Assembly (NCBI GenBank): GCA_965215515.1
Contig: OZ244057.1
Coordinates: forward strand, 768,001-832,000
Length of the DNA stretch: 64,000 nt
Reading direction: 5' to 3'
Origin: Oligoflexales bacterium
GTDB taxonomy: Bacteria; Bdellovibrionota_B; Oligoflexia; Oligoflexales; JAPPIL01
The notes beneath the pieces were generated by a model. That model saw only the letters and a program-made list of their open reading frames with translations. It ran no database searches and was not told the DNA's origin. The position numbers were made by a program, and so were the translations under genes. Positions within the stretch are counted from its first letter, which is position 1; every line of letters begins with the position of its first letter. This document shows, one piece after another, positions 28,144-40,910 of the stretch.

Positions 28144-28827
28144 TTACGGGCTGAGGTCATCGAGAAAGCTAAACCCGCCATCCTCTGGCAGCACCGCGAC
28201 GTTGATCAGCAGTGTCTCTCTCACGTTTCTTACCGACTGACCGCTGTTGACGTATACTATCTCGTCGATCTCGATGATGTAGAAGCCGTTGTCGTAGACC
28301 TCTTTTACCTCGCCGTATTTATCGACATCGTGGCCGTTGCGTTCGCCGTAAACGAGCACCTCGGCATCGAGGTCAGGATGGTCAGGGATGACTCTGCCTG
28401 TCATGTGTTCGAGCAACACGGTCTTGCCGTAACCATCGTCGATCTCGATCAGTAGTTGACTGTCGTAGGTTAGCTCCCAGTAGCCTTCGTAGCGCTGGTT
28501 GTCGATATAGAAGGTGACGTATTGTCCTGCGGCATTGTCGCCAGGGTCAACGTACTCGGTGTCGGTAATGTCGAGGATAGACCTGCGCTCGGCGCATCCC
28601 GTCATCGCTAAGCTGCTGCACAAGACGAGGCCAGCAGCAGCGATTGCCGCAGCCTGCGGGGGTATTTTTTTCCTCAGGGCGGTGCTTACTTTCTCTTGCA
28701 GCGGTGGCAGCTTGAAGCTGCGGAGCGTCTCGCGCCAGGCTTGCAGCTTAGGGACAGGAGCAGCACTGGCAGCGGCCATAACCAGCATATGTACCAGCAG
28801 CACGACAAGCAACACGTTTCGCATCAC
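28144..28827 (-). CDS. Unknown secreted protein, paralog family member 3
   Basis: Signal peptide, internal VLCSSLAMTGC, core AGQYVTF...GRVIPDHPD...YGEVKEVYDNG. Confidence 0.8.
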   Translation of the reverse strand: MMRNVLLVVLLVHMLVMAAASAAPVPKLQAWRETLRSFKLPPLQEKVSTALRKKIPPQAAAIAAAGLVLCSSLAMTGCAERRSILDITDTEYVDPGDNAAGQYVTFYIDNQRYEGYWELTYDSQLLIEIDDGYGKTVLLEHMTGRVIPDHPDLDAEVLVYGERNGHDVDKYGEVKEVYDNGFYIIEIDEIVYVNSGQSVRNVRETLLINVAVLPEDGGFSFLDDLSP

Positions 28828-29001
28828 GGAGTCCTTTATGAAGAGCGGTTAACCCGACGACGCGACCGTCTAACCTCAGCCGAGACAGTTTGTCAATTGT
28901 TTTTTCCATTATTTTCTTCCTCCCACGCCCATACTTACTATAACCAAGAGTTTGTCAGTTGTAGTGAAGAGGGAGGGGATAGTGCGAGGCGGTGGCAACA
29001 T

Positions 29002-30999
29002 CTACAGGAGGGCGAATGCCCCTATAGGTGAACTCAGGCCTTCGGCGGTGTTGTAGTAGGGGATATTCTTCTGCAAACGATCGTAAGCCTTGCGCACTAC
29101 GCGAGCTTCCTTGTGTTTGTTGGCGCGTTGGTAGGCGGCTACCAACAAACGGTGGGCGGTGAAGGATTGCGGGTTGTTGCTGATGTGGTGGCGTAAGTCG
29201 GCAGTTGCGGCATCGTGTTTCCCAGTGTTGATTTTTATTTCAGCCCTGAGGAGGAAAAGCCAATTTTTGTGCGCAGATGTAATTGTTATGCGTTCTAATT
29301 TACGCATATGGTTGGTTAGCTGAGTGGATTGTTTTCCTCTCAACAGCATGAGGGCATAGGCATAATTGGTTTCCCAGCTGTCGTGCAAGAGCATACTGCG
29401 TGAGATGAGCTTGGTAGAGTGAGTATAATCACCACTTCTTCCGATTCTGTTCAGCGTGGCTACGCCCATAAAAAAACAGTAGAAATAATCTTCCCCATAA
29501 TTAATTGCATATTTTTTTATGTTTTTTATCAGGGAGCGATTACGAGAGTTAGCCATGCCTAATCTTATCTTCCAACGCTCGAGAAACCGCATGGATTCCT
29601 TTGCTGATGTGCCCCAGGTGTCTCGCTGATTCTTACTCACTTTGTTGAGCACTGCATGTAAAGCTCCGCTGTGACCGATACGGATGCTTTCAGTGCCGAC
29701 GATGCGTAGGGAGTCGAAGTTGTTATACAGGTGTACTAAACTACTTTTGCTGGAGATAGTTTGCCATGCCAGACGTTTGCTTTTCTCTGTCAGTTTAAGA
29801 CGAGCAAGAAAATGCACCCACCACGAAGCTGCGGCGTGTTCGTCGCTCAATTCTAAAGTTGTCAAGCGCAGTAATTCCTCGGCATTTTTCCGGTTGCCAT
29901 GGAGGTAGATGTGACGCATTAGCGTTTCGTAAACATAGCTCAGGGCAACACGGCGATTGCTGCGTCCTCCCACTGTATTCGCTTTGTTAAGGTAGCTGTC
30001 AGAGACGGTGTAGGTTTTGTCGCGTAAGGCAAGCAACAGCCAGGCGATAGCACTGTAAGAGTTATTCTCATGAGCAACACTCGGGACAAGATCGAAAGTG
30101 ATGTTGCCTGATTTATACAGATGTAGAAGTGCCTGTGCAAGACAAGGAAAAAAACTGCTGCCTCCCCCGACATGCTGGCACTTGTTTTTTAAAAAGCTAG
30201 TGACTTCGCTAAATTGCTTTCTTTTCAGGAGTAAAATAGTGTACAACAAAAGCGACTCGTCGTGAAGTTTGTCTATATTCTTGTGTAGCAAACCGTAGCT
30301 GCCCACATAATCGCCGCGCAGATAATGGCACTCAGCCGTGGCAAACTGCACCTCGAATTCCAACTCCAGTATGTTTTGTTCCTTCGTCTGTGACCTAAGA
30401 GCACGACAGCTGACCTCTGCTAACGATGTCGGCTGTACGACATACGTACTATCTTTGATATCACTAACTGCCGTGATCTCACTTTTATTTTTGGCACGTT
30501 CTATTTTTCCTGTCACTAGCTGGTGGGTTTCATCTAGCAGCCGATAGAAATATATGTCGATAAAGCTGCGATGCTCGTAGGAAAGAAACAACAGCATAGC
30601 GGGGAGCAGGACGATTGACATCTTAAAAAACCATGGGCTGTTCACTTTTTTTGTTCTGTAATGAACAGCATGGCTTCTTGCGCGCCGTGAGCGACGCGCA
30701 GATGAGCTCTTTCTTCTTTTTTTCACGTTGTGCAGCTTGTGATCAGTGGCTCTGTGTTTGTCGGTCGCTGCCCTTAACCTTTTCGTGTGATGGTCCTTGT
30801 CTGTTTTTTTCTTCTCTGGCGCAGGGAAGGCAGCCTGGTGGTTGCGCGATAATTGCTGTGTCGCATCTATCCTACCTTGCGACTCGTTATGAGGAGAATG
30901 TGCGTCGATGGCAGTGGTGTCATCATCTGGCAGTTGCGCCACACCCCCAGGGCGTGGCGGTCTAGGCAAATTTTTCTTGCTGTTCTTACCCATCGCCAC
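29002..30999 (-). CDS. Hypothetical membrane-anchored helical-repeat (TPR-like) protein
   Basis: Basic disordered N-terminus, single TM helix, TPR-like helices at the C-terminus. Confidence 0.65.
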   Translation of the reverse strand: MAMGKNSKKNLPRPPRPGGVAQLPDDDTTAIDAHSPHNESQGRIDATQQLSRNHQAAFPAPEKKKTDKDHHTKRLRAATDKHRATDHKLHNVKKRRKSSSARRSRRARSHAVHYRTKKVNSPWFFKMSIVLLPAMLLFLSYEHRSFIDIYFYRLLDETHQLVTGKIERAKNKSEITAVSDIKDSTYVVQPTSLAEVSCRALRSQTKEQNILELEFEVQFATAECHYLRGDYVGSYGLLHKNIDKLHDESLLLYTILLLKRKQFSEVTSFLKNKCQHVGGGSSFFPCLAQALLHLYKSGNITFDLVPSVAHENNSYSAIAWLLLALRDKTYTVSDSYLNKANTVGGRSNRRVALSYVYETLMRHIYLHGNRKNAEELLRLTTLELSDEHAAASWWVHFLARLKLTEKSKRLAWQTISSKSSLVHLYNNFDSLRIVGTESIRIGHSGALHAVLNKVSKNQRDTWGTSAKESMRFLERWKIRLGMANSRNRSLIKNIKKYAINYGEDYFYCFFMGVATLNRIGRSGDYTHSTKLISRSMLLHDSWETNYAYALMLLRGKQSTQLTNHMRKLERITITSAHKNWLFLLRAEIKINTGKHDAATADLRHHISNNPQSFTAHRLLVAAYQRANKHKEARVVRKAYDRLQKNIPYYNTAEGLSSPIGAFALL

Positions 31000-31121
31000 T
31001 TACGCACAGATTACTCTCCACTCCCCTTATCGTGCAACAAAATGAAAACCTTTACCTTAGTGCGCATGTTTTTGTGGATGCCCTCTTGTACTGCAGGCAA
31101 GACTGAGTTCGTGGCATGAAT

Positions 31122-32423
31122 TCAGCGCGGTTGCAAAGGCGAGAAAATTTCTGTCTGTAGCTCATACCATCCCGTTTCGACGAGCAGTGTGGTTCGTGCA
31201 AAAGTCTTTTGGGTCGCTCTGAATTCAGCCAAACTAGCTGGTAACCACAGTGTTAAACCCGCAGCCTGTGTGCCGTAGCCAAACCCGCGGCTGTAGAAAT
31301 AACGTTCGTGCTTGTGAGGGTCGTTGGCAGCGGGCTTGAGTAATATTTGAGCAAGAGCAGCTTGCACCTCACGGCTAGCACGATGCACAGTACTGTCTCT
31401 GGTGGTCAGAGTTTGCAGGTGGGCAAGAAAAGTTTTTACATCGCGATTGGCGGGAGCAAATTGATGGGCATTATTGGCCGCGGCCAAAATTAACAAAGGG
31501 TGCAAAAACGGATCGCGGCGGATAAACATGCGCAACGAGTGTGTTAACCTTTGCAGACTCTGCCGCAAACTCCAGTAATCACGGCGAGCAATTTCCGCCG
31601 TAACCACTGTATTCATCGTCGCCCACGTGTCGCGCTCGTAGTAGTGACGCAAATACAAATGCGGAATTTCATTCGCTAACCAATATGCCCCGTCTGCTCC
31701 TGCACCGCTGGTTTGAGCTAGTTGTAGACGTTGTGGATGGGTAATCAGATACTGTAAAATCTCTCGATAAGGCCAGCCGTTAGTTTGCTCGCGATTAGCC
31801 GAGCCGATGATGAAACGAGCACGCTGGCGCAGTTCATAGATAACCTCCAAGGCTTGCATGAGACAAGCATCGGAAGCATAGATGTCGATTTTGCGCCCGT
31901 GCAAGTGCGTATACTGCAAGTACTCCAGCGCAGTGCTGAGCTGAGCGATAGACAGATGCGAGCCAGAACTGTAATCGGGAGCAATGCCACCTGCATAGCC
32001 TTTGCCGTGACTCCAGATGATTACCATGTAGTGCCGTGCGGGGTAATGTTTAACCCCGAAAGCGAGGAAATCGATCAGTGTTTGCATCTTTCCGCTGTCT
32101 TGTTCAGGTAAGGTGGCAATGTGCGACACGGCAAAATCTTCCGCACGTCGCACATGGTAACGTCGGCTACCCGTGTCGTCATCAGTGTCTTGTTGCACAA
32201 CAATATCGACTGCAGGTGAAGATCCGACCGTCATCATTTCTTTGAGATCGGTAAACGTATGCGGAGCAAGATCGTTATCGCCGTTCATATAGACGAGTAC
32301 CGTCCACTGTTTGAGGCAAGCGGTACGCACAGGTGGTGCAACCTGCTGACAAAGAGGGCGTGCCTGCACCCCCTGATTATACAACACACCGAGCAGCGAG
32401 AGCAGCCACAACGACAAAATCAC
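31122..32423 (-). CDS. Clostripain-family (C11) cysteine peptidase, secreted
   Basis: WTVLVYMNGDNDL, IIWSHGKG (catalytic His) and SDACLMQ (catalytic Cys) motifs. Confidence 0.9.
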   Translation of the reverse strand: MILSLWLLSLLGVLYNQGVQARPLCQQVAPPVRTACLKQWTVLVYMNGDNDLAPHTFTDLKEMMTVGSSPAVDIVVQQDTDDDTGSRRYHVRRAEDFAVSHIATLPEQDSGKMQTLIDFLAFGVKHYPARHYMVIIWSHGKGYAGGIAPDYSSGSHLSIAQLSTALEYLQYTHLHGRKIDIYASDACLMQALEVIYELRQRARFIIGSANREQTNGWPYREILQYLITHPQRLQLAQTSGAGADGAYWLANEIPHLYLRHYYERDTWATMNTVVTAEIARRDYWSLRQSLQRLTHSLRMFIRRDPFLHPLLILAAANNAHQFAPANRDVKTFLAHLQTLTTRDSTVHRASREVQAALAQILLKPAANDPHKHERYFYSRGFGYGTQAAGLTLWLPASLAEFRATQKTFARTTLLVETGWYELQTEIFSPLQPR

Positions 32424-34012
32424 CTCGCCAGCTCCACCAAACCGTAGATAAGCAGCTCTAACGGTGTGCCATCCATGCGCACCGACAGGTCAGACAGTTC
32501 TGCAAGACGACCGAGCATGGCTTTGTTAAACGAACGCACGTTGCGCGTTGTGACAAATTCACGCACGGTCGCTTTGGGGTCGATGAGGCGTGAGATAGTG
32601 CTGTCGATGGTGTTTTGAGGGCGGGAGCTGCGTTTCTTCGTCCACAGAAAATCAGGATGATAGTTGCTGTACCACTCACCGCCAACGATGTTATTCTGCG
32701 CATCGAGTTCAAGATCATACCAATAGGTAACTTTGCTCAAACTATCGGGGTAAGGTTCACCTGATCGTGGTTCAGTTTCTACCACATAGGTGACCTCCAT
32801 CTGAACGACGACAATTTTTTTAGCTTTGCCGTTCTGACGAAAATCTTTAAAAGTGTCTTGCCATTGTTCGTTTATGGGCATGATGCTTTCTGCCAGTGTG
32901 CCCACTTTTTCCGTGCGTGGGTGATAATACCGTGCGCGATAGGCGTAAACGGGCTGATTCCAGACCTCGGCATCGAAAGTTGCGTCCATGATAAACGATT
33001 CGTCGTAACGTCCAATTTTGTTTGTGATAACTGTGTGCCACGTGCCAGGGTTAGTGTCGAAACACTCAGCGTCTAGCACTCGGCCTGTTTTTTCGTCTAT
33101 CCTGATACGCTTTGCATCGTCGTCGTTTTCAGGAGATTCTTGGGCATTGCAACGCCCGCCGATAAAAAGCCCATCCCACGATGACGATGCAGCCCACTTT
33201 AACGACAGCAACGCCCGTAAATCATCGGGATAAAAATTAATCGTTGTCTTCCCCTCTGTGTCTCGCACCGCAATACTCTGTGCAGGACGGGGTGAGGCAT
33301 AGGAAGCTACCGCCCAACCGTGGCAGATTCCCATCCACATCGCAACTGAACCGTTTTCATCCATATATCTGCGCCCTCGTTCCTTGACATACTGGGTAAG
33401 TTTAAAATCTTCGCTACCCACCAGCAGGTCGTATTTTTCTGCAGGCGAATACATGTCCAGCATTTTTTGATGTTTATCGACGACGAGAGGTTGTAGTCTC
33501 AGCAGGTCGGCAGGTTGTGTATAGTAGCTGATAACTCTTTCGTAGGAGACACCCTCGTCTTTGCTGCTCTCTTCGGCCAGCAGTGCGTTGAAATCTGGGT
33601 CACCGTAGCGTAGCGAAACACCTCCTGTAGCTATCGGCCAGTAATAAGCTGACCACGGTTTGTAGGTGAGTTTGCCCGCGGGGGGCAAGCGCATGATGTT
33701 GGTTTCCACCTCTACCCCCTCTTCGAAAAGGTAGTGCGGATCGTCGTGTGCCTCCCAACCTTGTTTGCCTTCGCCCAGAATCTGCTGGTCGATGGCATGC
33801 TTGATTGCCGCGTTGTGTACCCGAAAGGCGCGGGTATGCTTTGGCCACTGTCGCCCATCGTCGATCTTCGTACCATCTGGTCGATATTTATGCGGTTTTT
33901 GGTTCATCACTTGGTGCGGGTTTTGGCGCAATGTGCGCAAAAAATCCCTACCTTCATCGGCGAGCAACTGTGCGCTGCTGCCCAACAGCAAAGCAACTAG
34001 CACCCCTTGCAT
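32420..34012 (-). CDS. GP42/transglutaminase-elicitor family secreted protein
   Basis: PWSAYYWP, SPAEKYD, WMGICHGWA (catalytic Cys), DTNPGTWH, VWNQPV, YDLELD...GGEW and HPDFLW motifs. Confidence 0.85.
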   Translation of the reverse strand: MQGVLVALLLGSSAQLLADEGRDFLRTLRQNPHQVMNQKPHKYRPDGTKIDDGRQWPKHTRAFRVHNAAIKHAIDQQILGEGKQGWEAHDDPHYLFEEGVEVETNIMRLPPAGKLTYKPWSAYYWPIATGGVSLRYGDPDFNALLAEESSKDEGVSYERVISYYTQPADLLRLQPLVVDKHQKMLDMYSPAEKYDLLVGSEDFKLTQYVKERGRRYMDENGSVAMWMGICHGWAVASYASPRPAQSIAVRDTEGKTTINFYPDDLRALLSLKWAASSSWDGLFIGGRCNAQESPENDDDAKRIRIDEKTGRVLDAECFDTNPGTWHTVITNKIGRYDESFIMDATFDAEVWNQPVYAYRARYYHPRTEKVGTLAESIMPINEQWQDTFKDFRQNGKAKKIVVVQMEVTYVVETEPRSGEPYPDSLSKVTYWYDLELDAQNNIVGGEWYSNYHPDFLWTKKRSSRPQNTIDSTISRLIDPKATVREFVTTRNVRSFNKAMLGRLAELSDLSVRMDGTPLELLIYGLVELAR

Positions 34013-34087
34013 GGCAACCCTCCCCAGTACTGTTTGTTAGCATTCAGGCCGACCCTTGTAGCCGCGACAAAGGACATTTGTAAAGCG

Positions 34088-34930
34088 TTATTTCCTTGCC
34101 TGTGCGAGGTACGAGGAGATTGCCGCGTAGGGTGCGCACTTGCCCCACCATAATTTCTGGGCAAGCCGTGCCTGTTCGATAAGCATCGGCAACCCGTCTT
34201 GGCACTTGTAACGTCGTGCTCGTGCCTCGTAGTAAAGTGCCGAAGGTTGTGAATAGACGAGATCGACGAAGGTGCCACGAAAATTTTCCAGCGCAGGACA
34301 AAAGTGTCGCAGATCATCACCGTGCAGAGGTGCGGAAGTTGCCTGCACGAGTAGTTGCGGAGCAGCAGTGTTCGTTATCACACGCTGCAGCTGAGCAAGA
34401 CCGAAGTCAGCGAAGCTGAGCTGACAACGCCCCGCATTGATCGCGGTCAGCAAGCGGTCGTGATCTGCACGACGACGCAAAACGACAACTCTCGGCAGAG
34501 GGCGGCGGCAAAAAAAATCCAACAAGGCAGCACATGCTCCGCCATTCCCCAGAATTATGGCAGTGTGCAAAGCAGCGCGGTCACAGCCTGTGTGTGCTAA
34601 TGCCTGCCAAAAACCCTCGCCATCCGTCGATGTTGCCGACAGGGTGTTATCTTCGTCACGGTAAAGTAGATTGACGCTAGGGATAGGGGTCGAGAACAAA
34701 CGGGCGACACTCCGCTTGAAAGGAGTGGTGATGTTTACGCCGTGAAAGTTGCTGGCTCGCAAAAAACGTAGTGTGTCAGCCAAGACAGCAGTCTCGGTAA
34801 GTTGCAGAGGCACATAAACACTGTTCAAATGCAAGTAGCGCGCGGCAAAGTTAGCTATCGTGGGTGACAGAGTAAATTCAATGTTACGCCCTAACACGCC
34901 CAACAGTTGTGTCTTTCCATCTATCCGCAT
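34088..34930 (-). CDS. aroE: Shikimate dehydrogenase
   Basis: TLSPTI, GVNITTPFK, STDGEGF, LGNGGA, DLVY and DGLPMLIEQA motifs. Confidence 0.88.
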   Translation of the reverse strand: MRIDGKTQLLGVLGRNIEFTLSPTIANFAARYLHLNSVYVPLQLTETAVLADTLRFLRASNFHGVNITTPFKRSVARLFSTPIPSVNLLYRDEDNTLSATSTDGEGFWQALAHTGCDRAALHTAIILGNGGACAALLDFFCRRPLPRVVVLRRRADHDRLLTAINAGRCQLSFADFGLAQLQRVITNTAAPQLLVQATSAPLHGDDLRHFCPALENFRGTFVDLVYSQPSALYYEARARRYKCQDGLPMLIEQARLAQKLWWGKCAPYAAISSYLAQARK

Positions 34931-35013
34931 ACCACCTAACCTCCCCCCATTACGCCGCAAAATCAGGCCTTCTGTCGCTCAAAAAATTAAATTAAGCGCC
35001 CTACCCACGGAAC

Positions 35014-35964
35014 TCAAGAAAGCTTTGCGGCGGTTGTCACTGGATGAGTAGTCTCTGTGAGCAGGGGCAGGATTTTACGCAGTGCATTATTGTCGGTGGG
35101 GTAGTGGCGCGTGTCGATGCGACTAACCGCGCGCACTCCTTGCACCGACGAGGACAGAAAGGCGGCGACAAAGTCGGATGTTTCTGTATGATGGATGGTA
35201 CGGCTAATAACTGCGATGTCGTTAGCCGTGAGTATTTTGTCAACTTGTTGGGCGGTAATACCCACCAGCAGTCCTGCTTCGGGATGGGGGGTGTGGCAGA
35301 CGAGTTGTCCCTCGCTGAACGCAACAAAAAAAATGTTAGCGGTCGCTGCTTCTGCAACATGGCCGTGCTCGTTCAACCACAGCACGTCATCGTAGCCAGC
35401 TTTTTGTGCGTCTTGCACTGCGACGATGGTCTCGAGATAGCTGGGTGTCTTCGCCCCCAACAGGGAGGTGTTTTCGCGCCTCATGGTCTGCAAAGCACAG
35501 CCTGAGTGCGCGGTGGCGGGTGGCAGTTTGAGGCAGTAGATAATTTTTTGCACGGCGACGGCAGGACGTACCATGCCGAGTCCCGTTCCCGCGGACACCG
35601 TCAGACGCAGATAACTGCGCCCCGTCGGCAAGCGCATCGCCATCGCATGTAGTTCGGCACACAGCTCCGCCTGTGTCCAGGGCAAGGGCAGGCGGATCAA
35701 CGCAGCCGAACGATATAAACGCGCGACGTGTTCACGGCAGAAGAGCGGGCGGCCTTCGCTACCCGCCATGACTTCAACCAAGCCGTCACCATGCAAGTAG
35801 ATACGATCGAATACCGAGACACGCGCTTCCTTCGCCTCCCAGACCACCCCGTTAAGCGAGACGTAGCCTTCGTCAGACACAAAACCGTGCAAACCAGAAT
35901 ACCTCCGTCGCCAGTATAACATCTCATGCTCGCTAAGCAAGGAGTGTAGTACACGGTCTACCAT
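35014..35964 (-). CDS. Class IV aminotransferase (IlvE/PabC/DAT family)
   Basis: DRIYLHGDGLVE, HVARLYRSA, AKT, EAATANIF and LLVGIT motifs. Confidence 0.88.
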   Translation of the reverse strand: MVDRVLHSLLSEHEMLYWRRRYSGLHGFVSDEGYVSLNGVVWEAKEARVSVFDRIYLHGDGLVEVMAGSEGRPLFCREHVARLYRSAALIRLPLPWTQAELCAELHAMAMRLPTGRSYLRLTVSAGTGLGMVRPAVAVQKIIYCLKLPPATAHSGCALQTMRRENTSLLGAKTPSYLETIVAVQDAQKAGYDDVLWLNEHGHVAEAATANIFFVAFSEGQLVCHTPHPEAGLLVGITAQQVDKILTANDIAVISRTIHHTETSDFVAAFLSSSVQGVRAVSRIDTRHYPTDNNALRKILPLLTETTHPVTTAAKLS

Positions 35965-35999
35965 CTAACCCAGGCAGGCATAATTTTGTTTTTACTAGG

Positions 36000-37463
36000 T
36001 CAGGCTGGAAAGAGAACGCCGAGCAGCAGTGTCGCGACCAGCGCCAGAGCACAGATAGCGGTTGTGGCTCTCGCTCTACGCAGTTGCGGTAACACGCTGC
36101 TGCTGGGACGAGCCAGCAGCGGTGAAGACTCCCGCACAGGTGGCGCACTAGCGGGCACGAAATACATATGCAAAATGACACGCAAATAATAATAAAAAGA
36201 AATCGCCGAGCCGATAACACCGATAACGACTAGGCTGTACAGCTCCGCAGCCAAGCCCGCCTTGAACACAAAAAATTTTGCAAAGAACCCCAGCGTCGGT
36301 GGTATTCCCGCAAAAGCAAACATGAACACGGTAAGAGCTGCTGCACCGTAAGGATGACTCTCAGCCAAGGCAGTCAAATCTTCAAGTTGCAGATCAGTGC
36401 GAGTATCGTCTTCCAAGCACATGAGCAAAGCGAACGTGCCGACGGAAATGATACAGTAAGCAACGATATAATAGAGAGCGCTGTCGAGCATCTCCACTTC
36501 AGCCTTCGTGCCCAGTGCGATAAGTGCGATGGCAAGATAACCACCGTGTGCGATGGAAGAATAAGCTAGCATGCGCTTGAGGCTGTTTTGCACCAGCGCC
36601 ATAATGTTGCCGACCAACATCGACAACGCGGCAAACAAAGTCAACACGGGCAACCAAAAATCGTTCAGAGTCGTGATGTTATGCAAAAAACGCACCGCCA
36701 ACAAAACTACCACAGCTTTAGCCGTCGTCGCCATGAACGCCGTCACCGCAGTCGGTGCACCCTCATAAGCATCGGGGGTCCAGAGATGGCACGGCACCAG
36801 AGCAAGCTTGAATGCTAGCCCCACAACAGCAAACAAACTGCCGACGAGAGCAAGGTTGCTAGTCGCAGGCAGCTTAGCCAGCATGGCATTGAGGTCAAGC
36901 GTGCCCGTCGCCGCGTAAAGAAAAGCAAAACCAAAAAGCAACATCGCGGCAGCAAACGAACCGAGCACGAAGTATTTTATCGCCGCCTCCTGTGCTGCTT
37001 GCGATTGCCTGATGTAGCCGATTAAGGCATACGTGCCGAGCGAAAAAATTTCCAACCCCACAAAGATAGTGAGCAAATTATGACTCGACACCATCACCAA
37101 CATGCCGCTAACAGTGATGAGAAAAATAGCACAGACATCACCCCGTAAAAACTGCCTCTGCAAATGCGACTCTTTGCTAAACCACAAAATACAAAGAGCT
37201 ATCGTCAACACGACAACTTGCCCAAAACGAGCAAGATTATCAACCACATACGCACCATCAAACACTTGATAGTCAGGTGAAGGCAACAGAAAACACGATA
37301 CCAACGCGGCGACGATGAAGGCCAGTGTGCACATAAAAATTACAGCAGGATGACGCAAAATTTTACTGACCGCACACAGTAACAATAACAACGCGCCCGC
37401 CAGTAAAGCAAGGATAGGCAATGTGTACACGTAAAAAGACAAACCGAGTACAGGGATGTTCAT
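36000..37463 (-). CDS. nuoN: NADH-quinone oxidoreductase subunit N
   Basis: EAAIKYFVLG, FKLALVPCHLWTPDAYEGAPT and KRMLAYSSIAH motifs. Confidence 0.95.
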   Translation of the reverse strand: MNIPVLGLSFYVYTLPILALLAGALLLLLCAVSKILRHPAVIFMCTLAFIVAALVSCFLLPSPDYQVFDGAYVVDNLARFGQVVVLTIALCILWFSKESHLQRQFLRGDVCAIFLITVSGMLVMVSSHNLLTIFVGLEIFSLGTYALIGYIRQSQAAQEAAIKYFVLGSFAAAMLLFGFAFLYAATGTLDLNAMLAKLPATSNLALVGSLFAVVGLAFKLALVPCHLWTPDAYEGAPTAVTAFMATTAKAVVVLLAVRFLHNITTLNDFWLPVLTLFAALSMLVGNIMALVQNSLKRMLAYSSIAHGGYLAIALIALGTKAEVEMLDSALYYIVAYCIISVGTFALLMCLEDDTRTDLQLEDLTALAESHPYGAAALTVFMFAFAGIPPTLGFFAKFFVFKAGLAAELYSLVVIGVIGSAISFYYYLRVILHMYFVPASAPPVRESSPLLARPSSSVLPQLRRARATTAICALALVATLLLGVLFPA

Positions 37464-39015
37464 TTACCTCGCTCCCCTAGCCGTGCGTTCGTGTCGGTAA
37501 GCTGGTAGTGTAAGAAATTACGCGCCAAGTGCTGAAGCGATGGTTTAGTTTTTTGCAGAAAAACTTCAGGCACTATGCCTGTCAACACGATAAGGATAAT
37601 CAAAGGCAAGAGATAAGCAACCTCAAGTCTGCTGAGATCTTGCACCTCAGCGTTTTTGCACGGACCGAATAGTAAACGACGGCAGAGTGAGAGCATGTAA
37701 ATTGCCCCGAGAAGCACGCCGCAGGATGCGCACACCGCGACGAAAGGCTGGGCTTGAAACGCACCGAGCAGAATATAAAATTCACCCACAAAACCACCTG
37801 TCCCTGGCAAGCCGATGGCACCGAGTGTCGCGATAATCAGCAGTGTCGCAAAAATCGGCATGGAACTGGCCAGACCTCCATAATCAGCGATCATGCGGGT
37901 ATGACAACGTGTATAGATTGTCCCGAGGAGAAAGAACAATGCACCCGTACTGAGACCGTGATTGATCATTTGGTACAGTGCTCCCGTCAACGCGACCTCC
38001 GACAGTTGTCCCCCACTTAAGTTGAGTGAAACCACTCCTACCACGACAAAACCGAGGTGCGAGACGGACGAGTAGGCGATCATTTTTTTAGCATCCTGCT
38101 GTGCCCAAGCAGTCAACGCTCCGTAAATAATACCGATAACCCCAAAACCGAGCAGAAAGGGAGCGAAGTCGATTACCGCATACGGAAAAAGCGGAATGGC
38201 AAAACGCATTAAACCGTAGATACCGAGTTTCAGCAGCACTGCCGCTAGCACTACCGAGCCGACCGTAGGTGCTTCGGTGTGAGCATCGGGTAACCAAGTG
38301 TGAAACGGCCACAGAGGTATTTTGATGGCAAAGGCTAGCAAAAAACCGAGAAACAACAGGTACTGCCACATGTGTGTTTCACGCACTCGATAGAGGTCGA
38401 GGAGATTGGCGGAAAATACACCGCTGTCTTGGTAGTGCAAGCCGTAGAGCACGAGTGCCGCAACGAGCATGAATAACGAGCCGCTGGCGGTGTAGATAAA
38501 AAACTTCGTCGTAGCATAGAGTTTGTTTTTCCCTCCCCACATGCCGATAATGAAATACATCGGAATGAGCATTACTTCCCAGAAAACGTAGAACAACAAC
38601 AGATCAAAGGCAAGCAACGAGCCGAGCATCCCACTGGTCAGGAACATCAGTAAGGCAAGTAACGCACGTGGATTGTGTTGCCCGTGCCATAAACTGAGCA
38701 CCAGCAGCGGGGTAAGTAAGGCAGTGAGCATGACAAGTAATAAACTCAAACCATCGACGGCGACGAAATAACTTATCCCGTAGGCGGGAAACCAGCTGTA
38801 TTTTTCCACAAACTGCAATGCTGCACTCGTGCCGTCGAACTGCTGGTAAAGGTAAAGCGAGCCTGCAAAAATTAACAGCGAGATGAAGAGGGCAAAGACT
38901 TTCGCCGCGCGCACGTTGCGCAGCAAGACAATCCCCAGCACGCCGCTGGCGGGAAGGATGACCGCGAGGATAGTCAACAGGTACGTGTCAACGAAAGCAG
39001 GCAACATCCTGCCCC

Positions 39016-39022
<7 letters not shown>
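37460..39022 (-). CDS. nuoM: NADH-quinone oxidoreductase subunit M
   Basis: FYVFWEVMLIPMY and IKIPLWPFHTWLPDAHTEAPT motifs. Confidence 0.96.
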
Positions 39023-40905
<1,883 letters not shown>

Positions 40906-40910
40906 GGTTG

